A stretch of DNA of 64,000 bases from Octopus sinensis (lineage: Eukaryota). This document shows, piece by piece, positions 25,964 through 40,047 of this stretch (positions are counted from its first letter, which is position 1; each line of letters begins with the position of its first letter). The position numbers and the translations under genes are program-made. Where the stretch lies: assembly GCF_006345805.1 (NCBI RefSeq), contig NC_043006.1:55614001-55678000 (forward strand), written 5' to 3'. The notes under the pieces are model-generated. The model ran no database searches. It was not told the origin of the DNA and worked only from the letters and a program-made list of their open reading frames with translations.

Positions 25964-26145
25964 TTTATACTTATATCTTTTCATTTGTCTTGCTCGCTTA
26001 CGTTCTGGCGTTTGCTGAGTTTTCTTGAGAACAATGTTTTCTAAGTGGCCAGAGCATATGGGGTCTACCTCTAGCATAATTGATGTCCAATAAGTGGTCA
26101 TCCCCCTTATATGTATATATATATGTGTGTGTGTGTGTTTCTGTA

Positions 26146-26179
<34 letters not shown>

Positions 26180-26859
26180 CGTATATATATGTATGTGTGT
26201 ACATGTGTATATATGTATATATATCTATATATATCTATATATATATAGTTAATCCAAACATGAACAAACAGCGCATGGACGTGGAACAAGTATAGTGTTA
26301 TTGGACGCTCAGGCAAGAAAAGGAGGATTTCTTGGCTATTGAATAATTGTCACATTATTTTACAAATAAATTTCCTCTATTTACATAATATTGAGGTATC
26401 TTATATATGTGTGTATGTGTATGTGTGTATGTATGTATGTATGTATGTATGTATGTATGTATGTATGTATGTATGTATGTATGTATATATGTATATATAC
26501 ATATATATATGCATATTTATGTATGTATGTATAAATCAAACAAAATTATTCATTTCTATTGTGGGGTTCAGTCTATATATGTGTGTGTATGTGTATTTGC
26601 ATATATATCTACACTCACACAGACCACACACATATCGTCAAGCAATGCTGTACTGATTGTGATTGTGGCATATAACCGGTCAGAGTATTACCTTCGTTTT
26701 CACGCTGTGTTTTGCCACTTGGCAATATTCGAAACGAAACTGTCAATAACCTTCTGACACTTTTGATGCCATAGTCATTAACTCATTTCAGGATGATATA
26801 AAAATATATCCACTCTTTTACTTTAAATAAATGCGTTTCATTTCTGGCATATGGGCACG

Positions 26860-26947
<88 letters not shown>

Positions 26948-26956
26948 GATCTATCG

Positions 26957-27022
<66 letters not shown>

Positions 27023-27617
27023 GTCTGTCTGTCTGTCTCAGCAGTATAAGTGCTTGCGAACTTTATCTGCCCACATTGTAGCTTTTTACTTTTTGCTGCC
27101 CATTTGGTTCACCACGTGATGGTCGGATCCATTGAGCTGTACTTATACCGGCCACATCTTTAACGTGGTGACTGGCCTGGTGTCTTTTCGTCAGTTATAA
27201 AATGGGAGGTTCTTCCTCGTTAGGTCCCCAGAGGCGAGTTCTTGCTACGAGCGTCCAGGGTCCTTGGCGTGAAAACAGTTTGATTTTCAAGTTGCAGTCT
27301 GAACGGATTTCAAGCCAAAATCTTTGAAGTTAGGCATAACCTTTATACCAACCTCTGAATAGAAGTAGCCAGAATGATTGTGACACTGTATTCGTGTTTT
27401 TCTTTAACCTCTATTCCACATTTTGATGAACACTTATAATGTTTTAACACTTGAAATGTCTTATCAATTTACTTTATACAATTTCTGCACTTGTAATAGA
27501 TGTTTCCTCGCGGCCTATTGTAATTTATCTCTGAATTCATTTATTATTACCCATCTTGAATCCATTTAACAGACTTTACTGCAATGCATACTTCCACATA
27601 AATAGGATTCCGCTTTA

Positions 27618-28140
<523 letters not shown>

Positions 28141-29402
28141 TACGAAGCAGTCATATACATATCTAGCAGATTTGTTTTACATTTTTATATGTAATTCATT
28201 ATATGAAAAAGAGTATTAGCCGGTAGATATAAGAAATAATGACTTATTTTATGTACATTTCTAGAAGCAGTTTCATTTATAATCGTTAACTTATCAATAA
28301 TACAAATTATTGCGCTAAGTACTTCAGAATTATTCATATTATAGTTATGAATTATAACGTATTTAAGAATGTCAAAACCACATTTATTCAGAAGTCATAT
28401 TTGAAGTAAAATAATTTACAAAATGAAATGTGCATCTAAATTATTTTAGCATAACAAAGCAATCTTAGTGTGTTCAGAAATACAATACTTCAAAACACAT
28501 GTCAAATAGAAAGGATGCACCTCAGTTTGGAATTAAAAACTTTTAGGAGTTAGAAAGTATTTAAGAAATAAAGATTTAGAAAATAAAGCAGGGAGATTTG
28601 AAAATTAAATTTTAAATACTTTGCTAAGACAAGATATGTTGCTAAGACAAGATAAAATACAACAATGAGATTATGTTATCAAACTATGTTTTAAGTTAAC
28701 TCTATAGCAACTAAGAAAGTTTTTTTGTAGGAAGTTTAAGTGTCCTCCATTTATGAAATACTACTAAAAAGAAAATATGTATGTTAAATTGACAGGAAAA
28801 AAGAAAAGAAAAAAGAAAAAGGAGAAAAAAGGAAAAAGATAAAGAGTAAAGTGTTTTATGTTATGATTTAAAAATAATGAACAATTGTAGAGAATGTATA
28901 CAACGGTTCAAATACTTTCAATGGTATGTAACACGATAATTAATTATGTAAATGCATGATAAAAATGGACTGTAAAAAATATTATTGGTACTGCATGTGA
29001 TGAGGGGCGCATAACCTCATTGTTATATAATCATCTCATTCTTATTCGTTTTATGTATTGTCCCCTCTGTGGTGTTCTGTCTGTCCTTGTTCCCCCCCTC
29101 TATTTTTGGTCCCTTGTGGCTAATTAAGAAACAAAGTGTCTTCGAGAACAATCAGAAAAGATGGTACCGAATTCGATCTGGTGGTTTACGAATATAGTGT
29201 TTTTTGAAAGTCTTATGAAATGTAGTGGGTAAAGAAATATAATTAAACATAAATATAACGTACATAAATACATAAATACATTGACAAGGTGCATTCCAGA
29301 AGCATTGAGTCTTTTTTTAGGGGAGGTGGTTATAACTGTCTTAGATTATTATAATTTTAGGATATCATTACTATGCATCTAATAAACTGACCTCCCAACT
29401 TT

Positions 29403-30076
29403 AGTTGTTCCAGACTGAACGAGACAGCTATAATTGAAAAATGTGTACATGTCCTACAAAGCTACTTTTCGCAGTTGAATAGTTTGCAGATTGCAGTCGA
29501 GACGTGAAGACAATTTGGAAGCTCGGTATGCAATCAATTTTGGCGTTAAACTGGGCAAAATTGCTACAGAAACATATTAAATGCTCCATACTGTTTGTTA
29601 ATTAACTGTATAAGTCGATCATCTGTTTTTTGCTAGCACAAGGGGCTCAAGAACAGTAAAATGAAAGTTAGACGATGGGAAGCATGAGAGGGAGAAGGAC
29701 ATCGAAATATCAAATCCGTTTCCCGCAATACAGACAAATTCCTCTCAGTGAACATATAAAAAAATGTGCAGGTAACATCAAACCAAATTTCACAGTCTTC
29801 CCTTTCTACCAGTGCAAAGACGCAATCTCTCAACTAGAACGTTTAAATAAAGAAACTTTTTTCCTTGAAAAATACAAAGCACGTTTTAATATGCACACAT
29901 AACCAACTTTTATCTTTTTACATATTTCAATTCACGATTACATCACTGTAGAGTTGTTCCAGACTGAACGAGACAGCTATAATTGAAAAATTTGGAAGCT
30001 CGGTATGCAATCAATTTTGGCGTTAAGCTGGGCAAAATTGCTACAGAAACATATTAAATGCTCCATACTGTTTGTT
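29403..30076 (+). mobile_element. Duplicated mariner 5' fragment (29403-29599 and 29952-30076) around a PLE GIY-YIG C-terminal fragment (about 29660-29905)
   Basis: EARYAINFGVKLGKIATETY resembles a mariner N-terminus. The PLE piece QIPLSEHIKKC...RLNKETFFLEKY matches 7485-7772. Confidence 0.65.
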
Positions 30077-30474
30077 TTTGAAACTTGTCTCTGTACACAT
30101 ATATAATCCCAACCCATTACCGAAAGCTGAACAGTTAATTCCCTTACGCACAACAGTAACAATAATAACGACAACCAATTACCTCCCTTTATTTATCTAC
30201 ATGTTAAGTCATTCACTCTTGAATTTCATCACACACAACATGGACCAAATTTCTTCTTAAGAAAAAATATATATTCAAATAAGTAAAACATAATATCATG
30301 AATAGCGATAGCGAAACCGGTCGACATATTAAAAATCATATTAAAACCATGTAAGTGTGCGTATTTTCCTTTTTTAATTTCTTATATACATTACAACTCA
30401 CCACATGGGGATAATCGAAATTCCTCTTTTCTGTTTCTACTATATATATTTATATATATATATATATATGTATG

Positions 30475-30524
<50 letters not shown>

Positions 30525-30722
30525 TGAATGAATTATCCTATGTTTATCGTCAGCATGGAAAATTCGTTGAACCGAAACCAGGGTAGCAAATTCACGTCAA
30601 AAACACGGTTGAAGCGACCTGTCCAAGGATAGAAACTCCGGGTTCATGTGCAGAAATTTGTGTGTTGTATATGAATAAATGAAAGAATGGAGTCGAACGA
30701 AAATGTTAACAAAATTCCTTTA

Positions 30723-30808
30723 CTCTCGAGATATGTTTCGAAGACAACATGGTTTCATCCCAAAGGAATAAAGGGTGCATTATGCAATCTTCTCATCAGG
30801 AAAGAAAG
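30723..30808 (-). ncRNA. Type I hammerhead ribozyme motif with one stem III substitution
   Basis: Minus strand CTTTC-CTGATGA-GAAGA...TCTTC-GAAAC-ATAT-CTC^GAGAG. Stem II has 5 perfect bp and stem I has 5 bp. The expected G16.2 is C. Confidence 0.7.
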
Positions 30809-31148
30809 CGAGCCTCTCTCGACAACAAGACAAACAAAAATTTCGATGACTGCCTACATGGTAAACAAAACGATAATGAGTGTTTTTAAAAAACCGTTAG
30901 AAGAATTGACGTCAAAGATAGATAGTAGGAAGAGAAGGGTTAAAGGAATAATAGGTAGGGAACAAGTGGAGAGGGAAGGGTTCGTTGATTGAAAGAATGT
31001 TCGAAGGCTTAGGAAAGAATTTGGCTATTGAAGTGGAGTGCACGTTAAGCTAATTGTTCAAACCACAGTGACTATCATTATCATTTATATGAGTAGAAAG
31101 TATGTTTCTGCCAGTGTTTACGTTTGTATGATTTTTCTATGAGTGTGT

Positions 31149-31961
31149 TTACAAGGGAACCTTAGAGAAGAGAATATGGAAGAGTTCAGAGTTGCAAATG
31201 TTACAAAATCTCCTGCCCTTATCAAAAGGAAAGGATACAGACAGTACGAACCAATCTAACTTGAAATTTATATTGTTGTCTTTAAGACGCCAAACTAATT
31301 TACTTAGCCCTGTACTATGTCGTTTTTTACTATCCCTGAATGTTGAATAATGGTTTGAAATTCTCTTGGATAACTGGGAAGTGGACGCTCCTATATAGAA
31401 GAAGACATCGGTACAGGAAGAAATTCTACACTGGTAAATAGAATTCTTAATCTTAGAATTACTAGACAAAAATTTAATTCTGTTGGGGTTGTCCTCCGAG
31501 ATCGAAACGAAGTTTTTATTGCTATGATTGTTGTTATTATTATTATTAGCGCCAACAACTACACTATTTCTATTATTATTAGTATTATTAATGGCAATAC
31601 AACCAGTAATACCACCGACAATAATACCGTTATTGTTATTACCATCAACATTACCATTGTTATTAACACGACTAATACTATTATTAATATTATCATTCTT
31701 AACACCATCGCTGCTACCAATGCTATTACTACTAATACTATTCCTATTATTATGATTGTATGATGGGTTGGAATTGGCAAGATTAGTGTTGGAACTCCCG
31801 GGTGAAGAATCTTTGTTTAGCAGCTTGGTATTGTGAGAAGATATAATTTGTAAAAGATTTCTAGTGTTAGAGAAAGCGATTCTAACTATGTGGGAATTCA
31901 TAATAGAATGATATCTAGAATTCCTGGGAAAGTTCCTAGCAACGGCTTCACGGAACTGCAA
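31149..31961 (-). CDS. PLE ORF C-terminal part: Asn/Ser/Gly-rich linker plus GIY-YIG endonuclease
   Basis: NSIYQCRI...FYIGAST...KRISNHYSTF...TGLSKLVWRLK...W.VL...CNICNSE. The frame extends upstream to CIWFVIP. Confidence 0.8.
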   Translation of the reverse strand: MQFREAVARNFPRNSRYHSIMNSHIVRIAFSNTRNLLQIISSHNTKLLNKDSSPGSSNTNLANSNPSYNHNNRNSISSNSIGSSDGVKNDNINNSISRVNNNGNVDGNNNNGIIVGGITGCIAINNTNNNRNSVVVGANNNNNNNHSNKNFVSISEDNPNRIKFLSSNSKIKNSIYQCRISSCTDVFFYIGASTSQLSKRISNHYSTFRDSKKRHSTGLSKLVWRLKDNNINFKLDWFVLSVSFPFDKGRRFCNICNSELFHILFSKVPL

Positions 31962-32239
31962 GGGAAGGTTCGATTTAATTTGTTTCTCGAGAGGTATTAC
32001 GAACCAGATACAGTTTTTTGTGGCCTTTGAATTGTACTTAGTGTTATTTGTGAAAGTAAGGCGAAAATTTCTGGGTTGGAAATTTGGGGTTGAATGGCGC
32101 TTACCTCCCCTAGTCCGTAAAGAATTTATTTTATGTACAGGGTTGCTGGCACTATTAGAATTGAAATCACTATTCCTATTACGAGTAACTTTATATATCT
32201 ATATATCTATATATCTATAGTAACTTTATATATCTATAT

Positions 32240-32435
32240 ATCTAGTTTCTATTCTTCAATCAACCCTATTATACTTAATAAGGCCCTATGGCACGCACAA
32301 AATAAGGTAGGCCTCTCCAGGGAGGAGATTAATGTGATATTGACTGCTAGGAAATCTTTCATCCAGTTCGATAGCAAGTTGTGGTTCCGTAGAGATACTC
32401 CTAATGCATTTGATGTACTAATGGGAAGTACAGAC
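32240..32435 (+). mobile_element. PLE RT core fragment inverted relative to the adjacent element
   Basis: ISSFYSSI...GLSREEINVILTARKSF...FDVLMGSTD is homologous to 41667-41800 and lies on the opposite strand from 30523-32190. Confidence 0.8.
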
Positions 32436-32557
32436 AGCGTTGTATCTGCGTGCGTTCATTCAGTATGTTACTTCAGCATGTTAGTTCAGTGTTCAGTCCT
32501 TCTTTCTCTCACGTACCCACGTCAACTCTCCTTAAATTTCCGTCTCTCTTTCTCTCC

Positions 32558-32602
<45 letters not shown>

Positions 32603-33419
32603 GTCTCCGCCACCGCCCTCACCCCAACATGAGCAGGAGTGTCAATGAATAGTGAGAGAGGGGTTGAAGTGTGACACACTGACACACAGAAATTACTTTT
32701 CGCATTTATTACATATTTTTTTCTATTCGTTTCAGCCAAGTGGCTGCTGTCGTGCAGTTAGATATATAGATAGATATTTTCAGTATGGTGGAAACAAGGA
32801 AAAACGTGTGAAATTACTGTGCTATGCCTGAAAATTAAAATGGAGCCTATTTGCTTGCAATAATAGGTATCAAATTAAATTATATTTAACTCACACACGA
32901 TAATGCCGTACATTTATACAACATAAATGATGCTTACCTCAAGGTCTCGCCTGTTGATACATTTCAATTATTAGTTAAGCAAAAACTGCACACAAATGTT
33001 TGTTCCAGTTAATATTCTACGAAAGCAAATGTTACCATGTAATTGAAAGCTTGAAAGTAGATTTGGATATTTTTTCTAAGTTCCAGTAAACCCATGGGAA
33101 TGCCGACAATATTAAATATAATACTTTTACCAGTATTTTTGAAGAAGATTCTTTTTGTGTTATATATCAATTTTCTACTATATAGTATTTCACTTAGAGT
33201 GGATTTAATTTTGGTTACTTCAATCAATTTCCAGATTCCTACGAGAGTTTCTGAACGAAATAATACACGTGTTATTAGAAAGTCGCCATATAAAACACAC
33301 ATACACACATGCAGGAACACACACGCACACAAACATACGGAAACACACGGATACACGTACACACACATACAAACACAAATATATATATTTATATATCTTA
33401 AAATGTTTAGATTGTTTCA

Positions 33420-33585
33420 GCTTCAAAGATATAGTAATGCTGGGGTACCACTGTTGACCATGACACTGAAGTCCGTGAAGTCTGGCGCAACATAGTAAAT
33501 TCCATTGTCTCGACCACGGTCGAACAATGATGATGATCACACTGCAGTATTCGAATCCACCTCTGATATGTGGCATTCAGTGAAT
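33420..33585 (-). mobile_element. 3' tail of CR1 family 2
   Basis: MPHIRGG as at 37830, ending GGTACCCCAGCA...GCTGAAAC. Confidence 0.65.
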
Positions 33586-34199
33586 GAGTGAGTTTGATGC
33601 CTCATACACAATAAGTGGGATTCCCTAAATCGACGAAAACATTTCCTAAAACTGACAAAAAAGTAGTATTTGTTATTTCATAACGGTCTACTATAATAAA
33701 TCGGTTAAAAATATATTACACTAAAAGTTTAATATAGTACATTAAAATCAGTGACGCAAGCTAGATTTATCCTTGATAAAACCACGTTGTGATAAATTGT
33801 ACTTCATTTGCGCCCGCGTGTAAGGAGAAAAAAAAGAATTGATTTTGAAATAAACTTCTTCGTACAAGAAAAAAGGATTGAAATTTTACCTGTTGCGAAT
33901 AAGCATCCTTCTCATTTGTTTATGTTCTTTTATCTTCGGTAATACCAGATGAAAATTTGAGTTAAGACTTAGTGTTTGTTTACTTTCTGAGAATTTACGG
34001 TGAAACCTTTTCTCTCTCTCTCATAATTTTTCATTGAGCTTTTCTTACGACGACCTCTTCGCTTACATCCAATTTGAAAAATAGAAATCATTACAAAACC
34101 CCTTTCTTTTCATTATCGTTTCTTTTTTTCACTTTTATTTAGAATAAAATTCTATTTATTTAGAATTATAAATCCTATTTAGAATTATAGATTTTTGTT

Positions 34200-37100
34200 T
34201 TCGTTTTCCGACACATTTTCGTTACCTCCTCCCTTCTTTTTTTCATACCTACCTCTTCCTCTCTCCTCCCTCTTTCCCTCACCTATATTCCTCCCGTCCA
34301 GATTCTCTCTCCTTCTCTTTTTCTCTCTTTACACCTACGTCTTACTCTCTCTCTTCCATATCTTCCTCTTTTTCTTACTTCTGCTTCTCTTCATTTGTCT
34401 CTCTCAACATCTACCTCTCCTCCTGTTACATCACCCTTTCCCTCATATACTTCTCGTTTTCCCCTCTTCTCCGTCTCTCCCTTTCCCTCACACCCTTCAT
34501 CCTTTCCCGTCTCTCCCTCACTCTGTCTTCTTATCTCTTCCCATCCTCTCCCTCACTCTAACTTTATTTCTCTTCCCTTCCCCTCACTCACTCTGTCTTT
34601 CTCTGGAGGGGACTCAAGGACCTGCAAATTTTACCTGCAAGGCAAATGTTGGCATGGGGTTTGTTCAACTGAGATCCCGTCAAAACTACAGTGGCCTTAA
34701 GGAGAAATCTTCCCCGAGGAAAGACACCAATCATCTCCAAAGAAAAAATAAGCAAAGGAAGTGCGCTCTTCAGAGGTTATACGCAAGGCAGTAGCTGAGC
34801 AAGAGTTTCTTGTGCATGGCTCAAAAGATTGTACAGCAGCTAACCTGGCTATATCAAGTGCAAACAAGGAATATTTACTACCATTGTGCAAGACCACCAC
34901 AGTCAACAAACATTGGATGGCCTCCCAAACGCCTGCACAGTCGTCACGCCAATATTTTTACTACATATAGCGAGCCTGTTGCATCAAAACAAAAGCAAAA
35001 TTTCTTTCCTGAGAGATCTCACTGCATGCAATCAAGCCCTATGCATCACACTCGCGGAAACTCACCACAGCCCTGATATAGAGGATGCAGAAGTACACGT
35101 ACCAAAATATACCATACTGCGAACAGACAGAAGGGAAAGGAGCAATGGTGGCATTGCTGTATACATCCGTGATGACGTCACATCCCAGGTCTTACCGTCA
35201 TACTCAAATTCACTCTAATTGTATACATAAGACAACACAATATAATCATATGCATTACATATTGCCTGTCGGATGTTCCAAACATAGGTAAGTTTGAAGA
35301 TTGTCTCACAAGAATTAAAGAAATCTTCATGAAACTGGAACACCACGTGAGCGTATTTCTTATGGGTGATTTCAAATTCCCCAATGTCAAATGGCCCGAA
35401 GGCCTCATGCTCTCAGGAATGACTTATTGCAAACAAGCACAGGTGGAGTCCTTGCTTAACCCCATCAATGCCCTTTTCATGGAGCAAGTTGTACTCAAAC
35501 CAACTAGGGCGAATAACATTTTGGATTTCTGCTTCACAAACAATATGGACATTGTTCATGATGTGAAAGTGACGCCGACATTACTCTCGGATCACAACAT
35601 AATAGAGTTGTCTATGTTTGGGCTGAAAGTAGCCAGAGACATACAGCCTAACGGAAACACCCGAAATCTCTCCAATCTGAACTTCCCCAAAGCGGACTGG
35701 AAATCGATCCAAAAAGAGATCCTCAGACAGGACTGGCCGAAATGTCTCTCCACACCAGACATTGACATGAAACTAGAATATTTCATGTCTGTTATGAAAG
35801 CCATATGCCAGAAATATGTCCCAGAGCACAAAGCCAAAACAAATAGGAACAAGATTCCAAGGGAGAGGAAGATCCTCATGAGACGATAGACGAAGGTTGC
35901 TAATTGCCTCAACCAACATCCCAAAAGTAACGAAAGGTCCCGCTTAAAACAACACTGATGGTGATTGAAAAAAACCTGCAAAAATCCCATGTGAGGGGGA
36001 GAGCAGACAAAGAAGCCTGGGTTATAAAAGACATTAAGTCAAACCCAAAGGCCTTCTTTCCTTATGCGAAAGAAACAGCCTCATCACGCTGCAAGATAGG
36101 ACCCCTCTTTCAACCAGGATCAGTGAGGTACTGAATGACCAGTTCAAAAGTGTCTTTACCACCCCGTAGGAGCACAGACAAGTGAACGAACCAGTGAAGT
36201 TCTTTACCGCCTTACCTATAACCAGCGAGGCAGTTACGATGGAATACATCGACATTAGCGAAGGAGATCTACTACTAGCCATAGATGAGGTGGACGCAAA
36301 CTCAACTGCTGGTCCTGATTGTTTCCTAGCAATCCTCCTCAAAGCGTGTAAGCGTGCCCTGGCAAAATCCCTCCAGATTCTCTTCCAGAGCTTTCCTGCA
36401 AATGGCAGGCTGCCAAGTAAGCTGAAGGAGGGAATAATATGACCAATCCATAAAGGGTGAAGCAGAGCAGATGCCAAAAACTATAGGCCTATATCTCTGA
36501 CTTTACACATCAGTAAAGTCATGGAACGGATAGTCAGAAGGAAACTAATCGCATTCCTTGAAGAAAATAACTTTCTGAGTGATACCTACATTGGCTTTCG
36601 ACCAGGTAGGAGCTGCCTGACTGAGCTCTTGACTGGGTGTTGTGGCAGTTACTCAACAACTCAAATGTGGACGTAATATACTTTGATTTTGCAAAAGCTT
36701 TTGATAAAGTGGATCATGGGATGATATGCCACAAACTGCGTGATCTCGGCATAGATGAAAAACTTGGAGAGTGGTTGCATGACTTCCTGAAAGATAGAAG
36801 TCAGGCAGTAGTGGCCTATGGAGCCACCTCAATGAAAACACAAATAGTGAGCGGTGTTCCACAGGACCACTTGGGACCACTGCTTTTCACAGTGGCCCTC
36901 TCAGATATGCCCTCAACTGCCCGGATAGCCACCCTTGCTAGCTAGGCACACTATACGAGAGTCTCGCATAAAATACAGAACCCCAGAGATGTTGCACATC
37001 TGCAGCAGTATTTGGACTCAATTTACAGATGGGCTGAGGATAATAATATACAGTTTAATGCTAAAAAATCCAAGCCCTTCCCTTTCAGCATCCAATACTG

Positions 37101-37907
37101 AATATGGAACTTACAGGGTACACTGGTCCACATGGAATTACAATCCCAGAGCCTAAATCAGTGAGGGACTTGGATATCAACATGAGTGGTGATACATCTT
37201 TCCAAGTGTGCATTACCAGGATGGCGACAAAGTGCAGATGATTGGCTGGATGGCTCCTGAGAGCATTCAGAACCAGAGATAAGGAAACCATGATGGTCCT
37301 CTAGAGGACCTTCGTCCTCAGCCACTGGATTACTACTCCTAGCTATGGTTACTCACCAGTGTAAAATTAACAGCGGACCTTGAAGGGATCCAGAGAAGCT
37401 TCACAAAGAAGATCGTCTTATTGCAACAGCTCAGCTACTGAGAAAGGCTAAAACAGCTAAGACTCTATTCCCTGGAGCGGAGGCGGGAGAGGTACAGTAA
37501 TATACATCTGGAAGATGCTGGAAGGAATTGTGCCAAATTTTGGCATTGAAAGCTACACCAATGCAGAACGGGTTGACACTGCATAGTGCTAAATATCCCA
37601 GCAATCACAACACGCTTCAGGAACAGTTACTGCAACATCCTGGGTTTCAGGGACCCAAAGCTTTTTAATATTCCCCCAAAGAGTCTGAGAAATCTGCACA
37701 AAGTAGATGTAGGCGTTTTTAAATCAAGGCTGGGCCTCTTCCTGTCGAGAGTCCCAGATGAATCTGCCTCATGGCAAAAGGAAGTGCAAGTGAGGGTAGC
37801 TACATCAAATTCCATTCTTCACCAAATGCCACATATTAGAGGAGGTTCTCAGTAACAACAGTGTAGCAAAACGGTGGTGCTCTAGCACAGCCACAGCTCT
37901 GAGCTGA

Positions 37908-37910
<3 letters not shown>
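34200..37910 (+). mobile_element. CR1 family 2, near full-length but decayed (CT-rich leader, ORF1 remnant, APE, RT, 3' tail)
   Basis: LAETH, DRRERSNGG, GDFKFP, NILDFCF, SDHN, YRPISLT, YFDFAKAFDKVDHG and GVPQD, with many stops and frameshifts. Ends GAGCTGAAAC(TA)n at 37910. Confidence 0.9.
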
Positions 37911-37984
<74 letters not shown>

Positions 37985-38029
37985 CGTGTGTGTCTGTGTG
38001 TGTGTGTGCATGTATTTCGTTGTTTTGCT

Positions 38030-38291
38030 TGCTTCGTTTTGCTTTTGTTGCTGTACACATTCGCTAGCGTTCTTACAAAGGGGTCTAAAGCTCTTAGCTT
38101 AGATTTTTTTTCGGGAAAACCAGATCGAATCATCTCATGTGTAACTGTCCGAAATGGTCGTGATGAAAGAAAGCCAAGAAGGACCCGTCTTTATTTGCCT
38201 GTCCTCCTAATTTTTGTTTCTCTTGTCCACCTCTGTGTCGCCTAATCTATCTCTCCGAACGTTTTAACGCCCTCTATTGCGTTTTGGATCC

Positions 38292-38385
<94 letters not shown>

Positions 38386-39120
38386 GTGTACGTAAACCCT
38401 TGTTCTCACCTTATAGTAGGTATGTATCTAAATTTTGTACAACTCTAACTTATTCTATCTTTTATTCCCCCTCTCATTTTTTTCTTTCTCTCCCGCCCCC
38501 TCTCTCACAATTCTTGGTTCTCTCTTTCTTTAACTCCTACTATTTCCCACTCGTTTATCTCTCCTGCACATTTCCCTTTGTCTCTGATTTGTTTCTAATC
38601 ATCCGATCCCGCTGTCCCCTACCCACCTCTCCTCCTTCCACGTGACCGGTGTCCGGCCAGCCATAATCTTTCTTTCTTGTTGTCTGCTGACCGTCAACAC
38701 GTCTTGTGTCCATCTCCCATGTTCCTGCCTTTAGGCTTTCACTTCATACAAACCAGCTCAATTTGAATCGCTCTCAGTCGAAAGACGCCTGTTGTTACTT
38801 CTTGTATTCGTAATTGTGTACCATGTTCCCCGTTTTTTGCTTGCTTGTTTTTTTTCGTCTTTGTTGCCGTACACATTCGCTAGCTTTCTTACAAAGAGGT
38901 CTAATACACATAGCTTAGACTTTTTTGGGGACAATCAGATCGGACCGTCTCATGTGTAACTATCCGAAATGGTCGTGACTTCAGGTATTTGATTGATGAA
39001 AGAAAGGCAAGAATAACCCTTCTTCTTTTGCCTGTCCTAATTTTTGTTTCTCATGTCCGCTTTTGTGTTGTCTATCTGTCCGAATGTTTTAATGCCCTGT
39101 ATTGCGTTTTTGTTCCATCT
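38030..39120 (+). repeat. Diverged direct repeat (38030-38295 and 38850-39120), each copy ending at a microsatellite; retroelement 3'-UTR-like
   Basis: Shared GTACACATTCGCTAGC...CTCATGTGTAACT.TCCGAAATGGTCGTGA...TATTGCGTTTT. Confidence 0.65.
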
Positions 39121-39123
39121 TAA

Positions 39124-39214
<91 letters not shown>

Positions 39215-39215
39215 A

Positions 39216-39283
<68 letters not shown>

Positions 39284-39378
39284 ACATTATTTAAATTATT
39301 TACATTTGACGGATATTTGTTCTCATCTTTTTTGTTGTTAACACAAGGTTAACATTCCTAAGGTATTTTTAGATGTTA

Positions 39379-39452
<74 letters not shown>

Positions 39453-39455
<3 letters not shown>

Positions 39456-40047
39456 TAGTTTTATTTTTATAGCGTGATTTCACTTCACTACCGAGCGCAG
39501 CTCTGTGTGCCTTGGGTATGTGCTGTGATTTGTTGTGATGCTCTGATGGTTATTGTATGGAAAGTGTTCTGCGTAGGATGTGTGCAGTGCCTAGTAGTGC
39601 AATTTTCTGTATGTTATATGTGTTTGTAAGTCCTGGTGTTTTTGTTATGTATTTGTCTGAATATTTTTTTATCATGCCTAATGCACCTACTATGATAGGA
39701 ATTGTTTCTGTTTTCAGATTCCACATTCTAGTTACCTCTATTTCCAGGTCTTTGTATTTTGAGAGTTTCTCCATTTCTTTTAGAGACACGTTGTCATCTG
39801 CCGGTATTGATACATCAATTAGAAAGCATTTTTTTTCTTCATGATCTCTGACAACTATATCTGGTCTGTTGGCCTTAATTTCTCTATCTGTGTGTATCGG
39901 CATATCTCAGAGTATGGTTGCTTTCTCGTTTTCTGTGACCTTTTCTGGTGTGTGCCTATACCATCTTTTTTCTGTTGTTATTCCATAATGTTGGCATAGC
40001 TTCCAATGTATGTAGGTTCCAACTCTGTCATGTCTGTGAATATATTC
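39453..40047 (-). mobile_element. 5'-truncated Dong/R4-type non-LTR element (restriction-like endonuclease end) in a (TAA)n/(GAA)n tract
   Basis: RHDRV...HWKLC and RPDIVV...LIDVSIP...EKLSKY...IIVGALG...ALLGTAHILRR. (TTA)n lies on the left and (CTT)n(TTA)n on the right. Confidence 0.85.

Larger units (their letters stand above)
30523..32190 (-). mobile_element. Penelope-like element, 5'-truncated (RT thumb, long linker, GIY-YIG, pseudo-LTR), 3' end at (TA)n
   Basis: ORF 31149-31961 is homologous to 42541-43506. There is a hammerhead motif in the 3' region. Confidence 0.88.

Noticed and set aside
28400-29135. Possible Tx1/L1 3' end (hairpin plus CCCTTGTGGCTAATTAAGAAA, resembling the end of the 58119 element)
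   Set aside because: Similarity is limited to short motifs and no ORF2 motif could be read with confidence.
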